Notes under the pieces: model-generated
Told to the model about the DNA's origin: nothing
Seen by the model: the letters and a program-made list of their open reading frames with translations, nothing else
Database searches by the model: none
Shown: positions 11,133 to 20,203 of the stretch, piece after piece
How the letters are laid out: each line of letters starts with the position of its first letter
Position numbering within the stretch: the stretch's first letter is position 1
Translations under genes and position numbers: made by a program
From: Candidatus Acidiferrales bacterium
GTDB taxonomy: Bacteria > Acidobacteriota > Terriglobia > Acidiferrales > DATBWB01
Assembly (NCBI GenBank): GCA_036514995.1
Contig: DATBWB010000166.1
Span: forward strand, 3,165 to 67,164
DNA length: 64,000 nt
Reading direction: 5' to 3'

Positions 11133-12749
11133 GTGTCTCGACTGGTGGAATGCGTACCTAACTTCAGCGAAGGGCGAGATGCCCGGCGAGTGGATGCCAT
11201 CCTGGAGGCGATCCGGTCGGCCGGGGTCACGGTGCTCGACCGGGAAATGGACGCCGACCACAACCGTTCGGTGTTGACGTTTGTGGGCGAACCGGATGCC
11301 GTGATCGAGGGAGCGCTGGCCGGGGTCGGCAAGGCAGCCGAGTTAATCGACCTCACGAAACACTCGGGAGCACACCCGCGAGTGGGGGCTACGGACGTGG
11401 TGCCGTTTATCCCGATTTGTGAGATGACGATTGATGATTGCGTAGCGATTGCCCGGCGGGTGGGCGAGGCCATCTGGGAACGGTTTCGCATCCCGGTTTA
11501 CTTTTATGAGGCGGCAGCACAAAGGCCGGAGCGAGTGAACCTGGAAAACATTCGACGCGGACAGTTCGAGGGATTGCGCGAAGAAGTAGCGGTGAATCCC
11601 GAGCGCGCCCCGGACGTAGGGGAGCGGAAATTACACGCCACAGCAGGGGCTACGGTGGTGGGCGCGCGCAAGTTTCTGATCGCATACAATGTGAACCTTA
11701 ATACTCCCGACGTGGAGATAGCGAAAAAAATCGCGAGGACAGTGCGCTTTTCATCGGGCGGCTTGCGCTACGTCAAGGGCATGGGAGTCAAACTGAAGGA
11801 GCGAAATCTGGCCCAAGTTTCCATGAACCTGACCGACTTCGAGCAGACGCCGATGCACGTTGCTTTTGAGGCAGTCAAGCGCGAGGCGGCCCGATACGGG
11901 GTGAACATCGTCGGCAGCGAAATCGTCGGACTGCTGCCGAAGCGAGCGATCGAAATGTCGGCCGACTACTTTTTGCAACTGGAAAACTTCCATCCCGGCC
12001 AAATTTTGGAAAACCGAATGGCGGATGCGCTTGCGGGGAAGCCGCTCGAGTCCGGCCCGGGAAAGTTTGCGACTGCTTGCCGGCCTTTCCTTCGAGCGGT
12101 GTCGGAAGCAACCGCGACGCCCGGCGGGGGCTCGGTGAGCGCGCTCGCAGGAGCGCTGGCGGCAGCGCTGGGCCAGATGGTAGCGGGGTTGTCGCGCAGG
12201 AAGAAGGCATTTGCCGCGAAGGGACCGCAGCTAGGGGAATCGGTGATGCGCCTTGAGAAGCTGGCGGAGAGATTGACGGATGCGATCGATCGGGACGCCC
12301 AAAGTTATGAGCTGGTCGTGAAAGCAAATCGCTTGCCGAAGGAAACGCCAGCCGAGAGGTTGTCGAGGGAGGAAAGGATTGAGCAAGCCCTAAAAGCAGC
12401 TATTTCTGTGCCTCTGGAGGTGGCCGAGGCGAGCGCCGAAGTGGCGAAAATCCTGGCTGAGCTACCGGCCTTGACGAGCCCGGCAATGGTCTCCGACCTG
12501 AAAGTAGGTAGCTTGATGGCCGTGGGAGCGATCCGCGGAGCAATCGAGAATGTCCGCATCAACCTGGCGGAATTGAAGGATGCGGCCTTCCTGGCCGAGG
12601 TGCGATCCAAGGTTCAACGTCTGGAGGCGAACTTGGAAGCACCTGCGGAAAACGAGCGAATAGAGAAGACAGCGCACTTGAGGAACGCAGGGCCAGAAGT
12701 AACCAGTCGCAAAACCTTTCCTGGGCAGTCGGCATCGAAGAAGATATAA
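11133..12749 (+). CDS. ftcD: bifunctional glutamate formimidoyltransferase / formimidoyl-THF cyclodeaminase
   Basis: GTG start preceded by an AAGGAG SD. The N-terminus LVECVPNFSEGRD is the formiminotransferase hallmark, and the C-terminal ATPGGGSVSALAGALAAALGQMV is the cyclodeaminase motif. Confidence 0.9.
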   Translation: MSRLVECVPNFSEGRDARRVDAILEAIRSAGVTVLDREMDADHNRSVLTFVGEPDAVIEGALAGVGKAAELIDLTKHSGAHPRVGATDVVPFIPICEMTIDDCVAIARRVGEAIWERFRIPVYFYEAAAQRPERVNLENIRRGQFEGLREEVAVNPERAPDVGERKLHATAGATVVGARKFLIAYNVNLNTPDVEIAKKIARTVRFSSGGLRYVKGMGVKLKERNLAQVSMNLTDFEQTPMHVAFEAVKREAARYGVNIVGSEIVGLLPKRAIEMSADYFLQLENFHPGQILENRMADALAGKPLESGPGKFATACRPFLRAVSEATATPGGGSVSALAGALAAALGQMVAGLSRRKKAFAAKGPQLGESVMRLEKLAERLTDAIDRDAQSYELVVKANRLPKETPAERLSREERIEQALKAAISVPLEVAEASAEVAKILAELPALTSPAMVSDLKVGSLMAVGAIRGAIENVRINLAELKDAAFLAEVRSKVQRLEANLEAPAENERIEKTAHLRNAGPEVTSRKTFPGQSASKKI

Positions 12750-12867
12750 TGGAAGGACTACAGAGGGGGAAAGTTGCTCTCCCCCGGTATCAAGGCCCTG
12801 CCCACCCGGAATGATGTTCAAAGAAGTATCGCTGCCTGGCCATCAACAGCAGTAGAATCGAGGAGCC

Positions 12868-13845
12868 ATGAAAACCCGTTCGATGTGGGCGCTTGTGAGC
12901 GGAATAGCGGTCCTCCTGATAGCGGCGACTAGTTCCGCTTTTGCTTCGGCAAGCCCGAGCATCCTGGGGCTGTATCCCAAGGACGTCGGAGAATTTGCCT
13001 ATGCAGACCTGAAGGCGCTACGCTCGTTTCGTTTTTTTGCTGAGCTAAAGCGGCAGCTTTTGCCCCAGCGATTTCAACTCTTCGAAGATTTTCTGGCATC
13101 GGCAGGAATCCGGCCGGAGTTCGACCTGGACGAGTTGACATGGGCGGCAGTACCGCCAGGACCGGATCGAGGCGAACAAATCCTGGGTGTCGCGGTAGGC
13201 CGGTTCGCTCCCGATTCCGTGAACCGCTATTTTGAGCGACAGAAACTGCCTTCGGTGAACTATCGGGGGACTACCTTCTACGCTTTTGGCAGCGGGATCG
13301 GTCCGGGCGACATTTTCTTTGCCTTCATTGACTCCAATACGGCGGCCTTTGGTCACCGGCAAGCTTTGGAGAACTTGATGGATGTCCGCTTCGGGCAGCA
13401 AGAAAGCCTCCTTCGGAATGATTCGCTTCTTGGCCTGATCAATCAAGCGAATGGCAAAGGGCCCATCTGGGCGGTGATGGCGGGCGGGTACGTGCGACTT
13501 GCCTTCAGCCAACTTATGCCCGATGCGGAGCGCTTTGGGGATTTCGACAAGTTGGTAAGCACCGTCCAGGCCTTGGCCATTGATGCGCGGCTGGAGAAGG
13601 GGCTGGATGCCAACTTCACGCTGGTCTGCCCGTCGATGGATGAAGCGAACAACCTTTCTGCCTTGCTCCAAGCAGGATTTCTCTACCAGCGCTGGCAAAA
13701 TGCCGAGAGCAACCCGGAGCTTGCCAAAGCACTTGAGTCGGCGCGGGTTTTGCCCAGCGGGAATCAGGTCCAGATTCACATGTCGATGAGCGAAGAGACG
13801 CTCCAGGTCCTCATCCTGAAAAACATCTTTGCAACAAAACTCTAG
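12868..13845 (+). CDS. hypothetical exported protein
   Basis: 325 aa with a signal peptide (MKTRSMWALVSGIAVLLIAATSSAFASA), a GAGGAG SD and protein-like composition. I recognise no family. Confidence 0.6.
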   Translation: MKTRSMWALVSGIAVLLIAATSSAFASASPSILGLYPKDVGEFAYADLKALRSFRFFAELKRQLLPQRFQLFEDFLASAGIRPEFDLDELTWAAVPPGPDRGEQILGVAVGRFAPDSVNRYFERQKLPSVNYRGTTFYAFGSGIGPGDIFFAFIDSNTAAFGHRQALENLMDVRFGQQESLLRNDSLLGLINQANGKGPIWAVMAGGYVRLAFSQLMPDAERFGDFDKLVSTVQALAIDARLEKGLDANFTLVCPSMDEANNLSALLQAGFLYQRWQNAESNPELAKALESARVLPSGNQVQIHMSMSEETLQVLILKNIFATKL

Positions 13846-14001
13846 CGCCGTTCCGACCGAACCCTCCTAACCGTCAGCCGATTGGTCTTGCCTGCCGGAT
13901 GCCCGGCCGCGTCATTCAAGACCCAATCATGCCGAAGGCAACGGCGCCAGCATTATTCAGGGGAGAGCAGAGGGCCAGGATACAAGCGAACGGCAAGGCA
14001 C

Positions 14002-14178
14002 TCACTTGGGGCGTGGATTATCCTCGGGATAGTATTCGCAGGCCTCACGACATTCGGCACAATAATAGTAGCCGTCCTGGCAAAGGCGAACGCTCCGTTC
14101 GGAATGGCAAAGGACACAGAAGCGGTCACAGTGGCATTCGCGCTCAGGCTTTTCGCACTGTTGGCACTCAAAGGCCAT
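14002..14178 (-). CDS. hypothetical small cysteine-rich (10 Cys / 58 aa) protein, probable Zn-binding
   Basis: MAFECQQCEKPERECHCDRFCVLCHSERSVRLCQDGYYYCAECREACEYYPEDNPRPK. It has three CxxC pairs and one CxC. A TTGCGT-18-TATAGT promoter (14191-14220, minus strand) lies just upstream of this ATG and inside the longer ORF 14002..14220. Confidence 0.45.
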   Translation of the reverse strand: MAFECQQCEKPERECHCDRFCVLCHSERSVRLCQDGYYYCAECREACEYYPEDNPRPK

Positions 14179-14250
14179 AGAGCTTTGCCCACTATAATCT
14201 TGGCTGACCCATTCACGCAATGAGAAAGGCTCGAACGCGTTGGCGCTTCA

Positions 14251-14280
14251 TTGACACTGGAAAATGAGGCGTGATATTTT
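14251..14280 (+). promoter_or_regulatory. putative promoter of gcvT operon (TTGACA-18-TATTTT)
   Basis: TTGACA at 14251-14256 and TATTTT at 14275-14280. An AGGAG SD sits at 14301, 6 nt before the TTG start at 14312. Confidence 0.35.
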
Positions 14281-14311
14281 GCAACGTCGGTGAGCGACTG
14301 AGGAGCGAAGA

Positions 14312-15421
14312 TTGTCCCACCCGGCAACCGGCGAACTTCGTCGAACCGCACTCTACAGTATCCATCGAGCCGCAGGCGCCAAGATGGTGAGGTTCGGCGG
14401 CTGGGAAATGCCGCTGGAATATAGCGGCATCCTGAACGAGCACATGGCGGTGCGAACCAACGCCGGTCTCTTCGATGTCAGCCATATGGGTGAGATTGAA
14501 ATCCGAGGACCGAAGGCGCTGGGGCTGGTGCAAAGCGTCACCTGTAACGATGCGAGCCGGCTGGCAGTGGGCCAGGCGCAGTATTCCGGGTTGATGACGC
14601 CAAAGGGGACATTTGTGGACGATGTACTGGTCCACAAGGTCTCTGACGAGCACTATTTCCTATGTGTCAATGCAGCGAATCGGGAAAAGGATTTTGAGTG
14701 GATCAAGCAGAATAATCGCTTTCAAGGCACCGTCGAAAACACCAGTGACCAATACACCCAGCTTGCGCTCCAAGGCCCGAGGGCAGTTGAGATCCTTCAG
14801 CGGTTGACATCCACCCCACTCAAAGAGATTCGCTACTACCGGTTCCTATTCGGAAAAGTTGCGGGTGTGGACGCGATGATCGCGCGGACGGGTTACACGG
14901 GGGAAGATGGATTTGAGCTCTACTTCCATCCAGCTCACTCGGAAGAGTTGTGGAGCCGGCTGCTGGAGTCGGGCAAGGCAGATGGGTTAATCCCGGCTGG
15001 CCTCGGGGCGCGCAATACGCTGCGCCTGGAAGCAACGTTTTGTCTGTACGGCAATGACATTGATGAAACCACGACAGTATTCGAGGCGAACCTGGGATGG
15101 ATCTGCAAGCTGAACAAGGGCGAGTTCCTGGGGAGAGCGGCTCTCCTGGAGCAACAGAAGCGAGGGGTGGAACGCATCCTGGTAGGATTTGAGATGCTGG
15201 AACGCGGCATTGCTCGCGAGCACTATTACATTCATGATGATGACCATGCGATCGGTCAGGTGACCAGCGGGTCGTTTGCGCCATTCTTGAAAAAGAATAT
15301 CGGCCTCGGATACGTGCCGACGCCCTATGCGAAAGCCGGGACGAAGCTTTCGATTGCCCTTCGGAATGCCCAGGCTGCCGCACGGGTAGTAGAAACGCCG
15401 TTTTACAAGCGTTCCAGGTAG
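14312..15421 (+). CDS. gcvT: glycine cleavage system aminomethyltransferase (T protein)
   Basis: TTG start. Blocks: LRRTALYSIHRAAGAKMVRFGGWEMPLEY, GLFDVSHMGEIEIRG and ARTGYTGEDGFEL. Confidence 0.95.
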   Translation: MSHPATGELRRTALYSIHRAAGAKMVRFGGWEMPLEYSGILNEHMAVRTNAGLFDVSHMGEIEIRGPKALGLVQSVTCNDASRLAVGQAQYSGLMTPKGTFVDDVLVHKVSDEHYFLCVNAANREKDFEWIKQNNRFQGTVENTSDQYTQLALQGPRAVEILQRLTSTPLKEIRYYRFLFGKVAGVDAMIARTGYTGEDGFELYFHPAHSEELWSRLLESGKADGLIPAGLGARNTLRLEATFCLYGNDIDETTTVFEANLGWICKLNKGEFLGRAALLEQQKRGVERILVGFEMLERGIAREHYYIHDDDHAIGQVTSGSFAPFLKKNIGLGYVPTPYAKAGTKLSIALRNAQAAARVVETPFYKRSR

Positions 15422-15481
15422 GGCCTGACCGCCCCGCGGCAGCCGACAACCCTGGACCTACGCCTACAAAGGAGAAACAGA

Positions 15482-15868
15482 ATGTATCCGGAAAATCTCC
15501 GGTACACGAAGGACCACGAGTGGATCAAGATAGAGGGTAACATGGGAACCGTCGGCATCACCGACTATGCGCAGCATGAACTGGGCGACATCGTGTATGT
15601 GGGCTTGCCGAAGAAGGGAGAACACTTTGAAGCCCACGGCATCTTTGCTTCGGTTGAGTCAGTCAAGGCGGTGTCGGACGTCTATTGCCCGGCGGCGGGA
15701 ACGGTGATGGAAGTAAACGAAGCGCTGGTTAACGCCCCGGAAAGGATCAATGCGGATCCGCACGGTGAAGGCTGGCTTATCAAGCTCGAGCTGGACAAAC
15801 GGGCGGCGGGGCAAGACCTGCTCACCGCACCCGAATACGAGGAATACATCAAGGGAGCGGGAGAATAA
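15482..15868 (+). CDS. gcvH: glycine cleavage system H protein
   Basis: 128 aa with the lipoyl-lysine motif ESVKAVSDVY and YTKDHEWI. Confidence 0.97.
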   Translation: MYPENLRYTKDHEWIKIEGNMGTVGITDYAQHELGDIVYVGLPKKGEHFEAHGIFASVESVKAVSDVYCPAAGTVMEVNEALVNAPERINADPHGEGWLIKLELDKRAAGQDLLTAPEYEEYIKGAGE

Positions 15869-17205
15869 TGCGCTATCTTCCCAAGTCGGCGGCAGAACGA
15901 CAGGGGATGCTGGATTCGATGGGTCTTGAATCCATCGAGGATTTGTTTCGCTGCATCCCTGAAAAAATGAAACTGGGAGAGCGCCTCGACCTACCCGAGG
16001 CGCTATCCGAGTTTGAGCTGATTGATTACTTCCGCGCGCGGGCGCAAGAAAATGCGGCCGGCTATTTGCGCTTCCTCGGTGCCGGGGCATACCCTCATTT
16101 CCGGCTGGTGGTGGTTGATGCGATGATCAGCCGTGGCGAATTCTTGACCGCCTATACCCCATACCAAGCTGAAGTCAGCCAGGGCACGCTCCAGGCCATC
16201 TTTGAATTTCAGACGCTGATTTGCCAGTTGACGGGCCAAGAAGTGGCCAACGCTTCGATGTACGACGGATCGACGGCGCTACCCGAGGCGGTGATGATGG
16301 CCATCCGGCTGACCCGGCGCAATCGCGTACTGCTCGCCCACAGTGTTCACCCAGAGTATCGCCAGGTTTTTGGCACCTACGCGCAGAGCCTCAACCTGGA
16401 CGTCCACTCCCTGGCCATGGAGGAGAGCGGACAAATATCTCCCGCACAACTACAGGAAGGGTTGGATGACGAAACGGCAGCAGTGGTCATCCAGTCACCC
16501 AACTTTTTTGGCGTGATTGAAGAGGTTGCCGAGACAGCGAGGGTGGCGCACGAACGCGGCGCGTTGCTGATTGTCGTAATTACCGAGCCGGTCTGCCTCG
16601 GCCTTTTGCGCCCACCGGTGGAAGCCGACATCGTAGCCATGGAGGGGCAAAGCTTTGGCCTGCCGGTGAGCTATGGGGGGCCTTACCTCGGAGTGATTGC
16701 CACGAAAGAAAAAAATGTGCGGCAGTTGCCCGGCCGACTGGCAGGGATGGCTTACGATGCCGAAGGCAGGGGCGGCTTTGTGCTGACGCTGGCGACTCGG
16801 GAGCAACATATTCGCCGGGAGAAAGCTACATCCAATATCTGCACCAACCAGGCGCTATGCGCGCTGGCAGCCACCATCCACCTTTGTGTGCTTGGCAAGG
16901 AAGGCCTGCGGGAGATGGCGGAACAAAATCTGGCCAAGGCGCACTACGCGGCAGCCAAGCTAGCCAAACTTCCCGGGGTCAAACTGCGCTTCCCCGACAG
17001 GTTCTTTAACGAATTCGTGGTAGATTTGCCGAAGAGTCCGGGGCGCGTTCTCAGGAAATTGCTCAAGAAAAGGATCGTTGGCGGCCTTGCTTTGGAGCGC
17101 TTCTACCCGGAAATGAAGAAATGCCTCCTCGTTTGCGTGACTGAAACCGCGAGCCGGACAGAAATCGACCAATGGGTAGCGGGCGTTCGGTGGGCTTTGC
17201 GATAG
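15868..17205 (+). CDS. gcvPA: glycine dehydrogenase (decarboxylating) subunit 1
   Basis: FLGAGAY, TAYTPYQAEVSQGTLQAIFEFQT. The start overlaps the gcvH stop by 1 nt. Confidence 0.95.
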   Translation: MRYLPKSAAERQGMLDSMGLESIEDLFRCIPEKMKLGERLDLPEALSEFELIDYFRARAQENAAGYLRFLGAGAYPHFRLVVVDAMISRGEFLTAYTPYQAEVSQGTLQAIFEFQTLICQLTGQEVANASMYDGSTALPEAVMMAIRLTRRNRVLLAHSVHPEYRQVFGTYAQSLNLDVHSLAMEESGQISPAQLQEGLDDETAAVVIQSPNFFGVIEEVAETARVAHERGALLIVVITEPVCLGLLRPPVEADIVAMEGQSFGLPVSYGGPYLGVIATKEKNVRQLPGRLAGMAYDAEGRGGFVLTLATREQHIRREKATSNICTNQALCALAATIHLCVLGKEGLREMAEQNLAKAHYAAAKLAKLPGVKLRFPDRFFNEFVVDLPKSPGRVLRKLLKKRIVGGLALERFYPEMKKCLLVCVTETASRTEIDQWVAGVRWALR

Positions 17206-17214
17206 GGGTTCACC

Positions 17215-18714
17215 ATGTCCCACAAGATGAAAAGGGCAGACCAGCACGTCAGTCTGAGCGAGCCGCTGATTTTTGAAAAGAGCTCTCCGGGAAAGCGAGC
17301 CTGCGATTTCCCCCGGCTAGACGTTCCGCCCGTCGATCCCACCAAAACATTGGGGAAGGACGCTGTGCGAGACGAAATTGAGGGCTTCCCTGAAGTCAGC
17401 GAAGTTGAGATCATCCGGCACTTCACGCGACTTTCAACCTGGAATTACGGCATTGACCTCGGGATGTATCCGCTCGGCTCCTGCACCATGAAATACAACC
17501 CACGTGCGAACGAACTGGTGGCCAGACTGCCCGGAATCGCCGGCGAACACCCTTACCAGCCCGAAGAACTTTCACAGGGATGCCTAAAGATTCTGGAGCA
17601 GCTCGAAAAATGCCTTGCGGCAATCACCGGCATGGACGCGGTGACGTTACAGCCAGCGGCCGGCGCGCACGGCGAACTGACGGGAATTCTCCTGGCGCGC
17701 GCTTACTTGCAATCGAAAGGAAATGCGCGGAAGAAGATCCTCATTCCTGACTCAGCCCATGGCACGAACCCGGCCACTGCCGCCATGGCAGGATATGAGG
17801 TAGAAAACATCAATTCGAACGAGCAGGGGCGGGTTGACCTCCAGGTACTCGAGCGGCAGATGAATGACGACGTAGCGGCGCTCATGCTCACGAATCCGAA
17901 CACGCTAGGCGTGTTCGAAGAGCAAATGGAGGAAATTGCGAAGACAGTTCACGATCGGGGCGGCTTGGTCTACATGGACGGGGCTAACATGAACGCGCTT
18001 GCCGGGGTATTTCGTCCGGGAGATTGTGGCGTTGATTTGATGCACTTGAACCTGCACAAGACGTTTTCAACACCTCATGGCGGGGGTGGGCCAGGGGCCG
18101 GGCCGGTAGCGGTGAAGAAGTTCCTGGAACCTTTCCTTCCCTTCCCGCGCCTGCGGCAAGCCGGTGAGGGAGAACTAGGCCTTGACTACGAGCGACCTCA
18201 ATCGATCGGGCGTGTCCGGGCGTTCTATGGAAATTTCGGCGTGCTTGTTCGGGCGCTAGCCTACATCCTAGCCAACGGGCCGGAGGGAATTCTCCAAACC
18301 ACACAGGACGCAGTGCTCAATGCGAACTACATTCGCAAACATCTGGAAGACATCTATGAGCTGCCTTACAAAGCGCCGACTCTTCACGAATGCGTTTTTT
18401 CCGACAAATTTCAACAGGCGCACGGCGTGCGCACCGGTGACATTGCAAAGCGGCTGCTGGACTATGGTTTTCATCCCTACACCGTTTCCTTTCCGTTGAT
18501 CGTGCGGGGCGCCCTAATGATCGAGCCGACGGAGAGCGAGTGCCGTCAAGAACTGGACCTCTTCATTGAGGCGATGAGGGCGATTGCCCAAGAGGCGGCT
18601 ACCGATCCCGAATTGGTCAGGACGGCTCCACACAACACTCGCATCGGGCGACTCGATGAGGTCAGCGCAGCGAGAAGACCCATTCTTCGCTGGCGGCCCC
18701 AACCGAAACCTTGA
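17215..18714 (+). CDS. gcvPB: glycine dehydrogenase (decarboxylating) subunit 2
   Basis: PLGSCTMKYNP, and the PLP-lysine context HLNLHKTFSTPHGGGGPG. Confidence 0.95.
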   Translation: MSHKMKRADQHVSLSEPLIFEKSSPGKRACDFPRLDVPPVDPTKTLGKDAVRDEIEGFPEVSEVEIIRHFTRLSTWNYGIDLGMYPLGSCTMKYNPRANELVARLPGIAGEHPYQPEELSQGCLKILEQLEKCLAAITGMDAVTLQPAAGAHGELTGILLARAYLQSKGNARKKILIPDSAHGTNPATAAMAGYEVENINSNEQGRVDLQVLERQMNDDVAALMLTNPNTLGVFEEQMEEIAKTVHDRGGLVYMDGANMNALAGVFRPGDCGVDLMHLNLHKTFSTPHGGGGPGAGPVAVKKFLEPFLPFPRLRQAGEGELGLDYERPQSIGRVRAFYGNFGVLVRALAYILANGPEGILQTTQDAVLNANYIRKHLEDIYELPYKAPTLHECVFSDKFQQAHGVRTGDIAKRLLDYGFHPYTVSFPLIVRGALMIEPTESECRQELDLFIEAMRAIAQEAATDPELVRTAPHNTRIGRLDEVSAARRPILRWRPQPKP

Positions 18715-18752
18715 GCGGCGGACTAAGACCTCAGCCCAAGCATTAACCGGGC

Positions 18753-18798
18753 GCTGCCCCGCGTCGGCGACGCGCGAAACCGGAAGGCCCGGGGCAGC
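18753..18798. terminator. nested GC hairpin between convergent gcvPB and M48 genes (possible bidirectional terminator, no U-tract)
   Basis: GCTGCCCCG (18753-18761) pairs perfectly with CGGGGCAGC (18790-18798) and encloses an inner hairpin GCGTC-GGC-GACGC. Confidence 0.3.
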
Positions 18799-18804
18799 AG
18801 GAGG

Positions 18805-20178
18805 TCAATCGGAGAAGAGGATACTTTGCAGGAGGCGCTCAAAGGCAGGGCGGTAGGATTCGAAGTCCTGCTCGGGACTTATCAGGGCAATAAAGAAGAG
18901 TCCCTGCGGGCGCATGGTTGTCACAATCCAGTCGGCTTCTTGCTTCCCAGGTATAGGGGAAGGAGCCGAGAAGCGCAAAGAGCAGGCCTTGGAACCGGCC
19001 AAGCGGGTGGTCTTACGCGATCGCGGCACGTAACGCATGTCGGGATTCTGTTTTTCCAAGCTGGCAATCAGCTCGTTGGTTGCATCATCAATTGAAGCAG
19101 AGCGGTTGATGGTAGCCGAGGAAAAGTAGCCGAGGAAGGCACCGTAAGCCACGGACGTGCCCCCGTCCGCACCCTGGAGTATACCGCCCTCGGGCGCAAT
19201 CATGGCAGCGCCGGTTTGCGCATAGACGAGCCAGTTCTCCGGATGCTGCAATCGAAAGTTTTCCCCCTCATAGACCACGAGTCTGCCGCTGGGCGGCTGC
19301 GGTCGAGCCGGAGCCGCGTCGCTCGGTCGCGCCGGCAGCTTAGGCGGCAGGGGCAAGGATTTCAGGAGGCCTTTGATGCGCTGAAATTCCGGCGAATCGG
19401 TTTGGTAGCCGGGCCGAGGCCCACCGAGGCGATCAATCTCTTCGTTGACACGGTCAACGCGACGTTCGGGACTGGGATGATCAGAGAAAAACTCGATGGA
19501 TCGCTGGCGGTGTTCGGCTTGCAGATGCTCAAAGAACTGGGCCATGGCTCGCGGATCGTAGCCGGCGTCGTAGAGGGTTTGGGCGCCGCGGATGTCTGCC
19601 TGTGTTTCAGCATTGCGCGAATACTTGAGAAAGACCGAAGTGAAGCCGATGCCGATGCCGATTTGAGCGAGCTGATCGGCGAGCGTGCCGCGCGAGAACA
19701 CGCCGCCGAGAATTTGCAGCGGCAAGCGGGCAGCGGCAGCACGGGAAAGCTGGTTCGTTCCGTGGCGGAGAGCGACGTGAGAAATCTCATGGGCAATCAC
19801 GCCGGCAAGTTGGGCTTCATTATCAGCCGCTTCGATGGTGCCGCGATTAACATAGACAAACCCGCCGGGCAGGGCAAAGGCATTGATCTGGGCACTGTTA
19901 ACAACCCGAAAGGAATAGGGATAGTCGGGACCGGCCGAGTAACCCGCCAGACGGCGGCCCAAGGCATTCACATAGTTTGCGACCCGAGCATCCTGGATGA
20001 GAGGAAGCTGGCGGTTGGCGTCGGCGGATGCCTTTTTTCCCAATTCGACGTCGTCCTGGGTTGAGAAAAGATTAAAGCCGGGGCGAAGTTCAGTGCGCCT
20101 GGCGAAAGCAGAAAGCGGGGTCAAGAGCAAGAGCCAACATAGAATGGGCAACCAAAAGCGTCGTGTATCTGGCAGCAT
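18805..20178 (-). CDS. exported M48-family zinc metalloprotease with uncharacterised C-terminal domain
   Basis: Signal peptide (LLLLTPLSAFA) and HExxH motif (VIAHEISHVALRH) with a downstream ETQAD. The C-terminal 170 aa or so belong to no family I recognise. Confidence 0.85.
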   Translation of the reverse strand: MLPDTRRFWLPILCWLLLLTPLSAFARRTELRPGFNLFSTQDDVELGKKASADANRQLPLIQDARVANYVNALGRRLAGYSAGPDYPYSFRVVNSAQINAFALPGGFVYVNRGTIEAADNEAQLAGVIAHEISHVALRHGTNQLSRAAAARLPLQILGGVFSRGTLADQLAQIGIGIGFTSVFLKYSRNAETQADIRGAQTLYDAGYDPRAMAQFFEHLQAEHRQRSIEFFSDHPSPERRVDRVNEEIDRLGGPRPGYQTDSPEFQRIKGLLKSLPLPPKLPARPSDAAPARPQPPSGRLVVYEGENFRLQHPENWLVYAQTGAAMIAPEGGILQGADGGTSVAYGAFLGYFSSATINRSASIDDATNELIASLEKQNPDMRYVPRSRKTTRLAGSKACSLRFSAPSPIPGKQEADWIVTTMRPQGLFFIALISPEQDFESYRPAFERLLQSILFSD

Positions 20179-20203
20179 GGGTTTCTCTCAGGGATAGAAC
20201 AAT

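Noticed and set aside
14221-14311. A glycine riboswitch upstream of gcvT.
   Set aside because: The spacer is only about 90 nt, contains a promoter, and lacks the conserved glycine-aptamer cores (the GGAGAG...CACCG / ACCGAAGGGGCAA-type elements).
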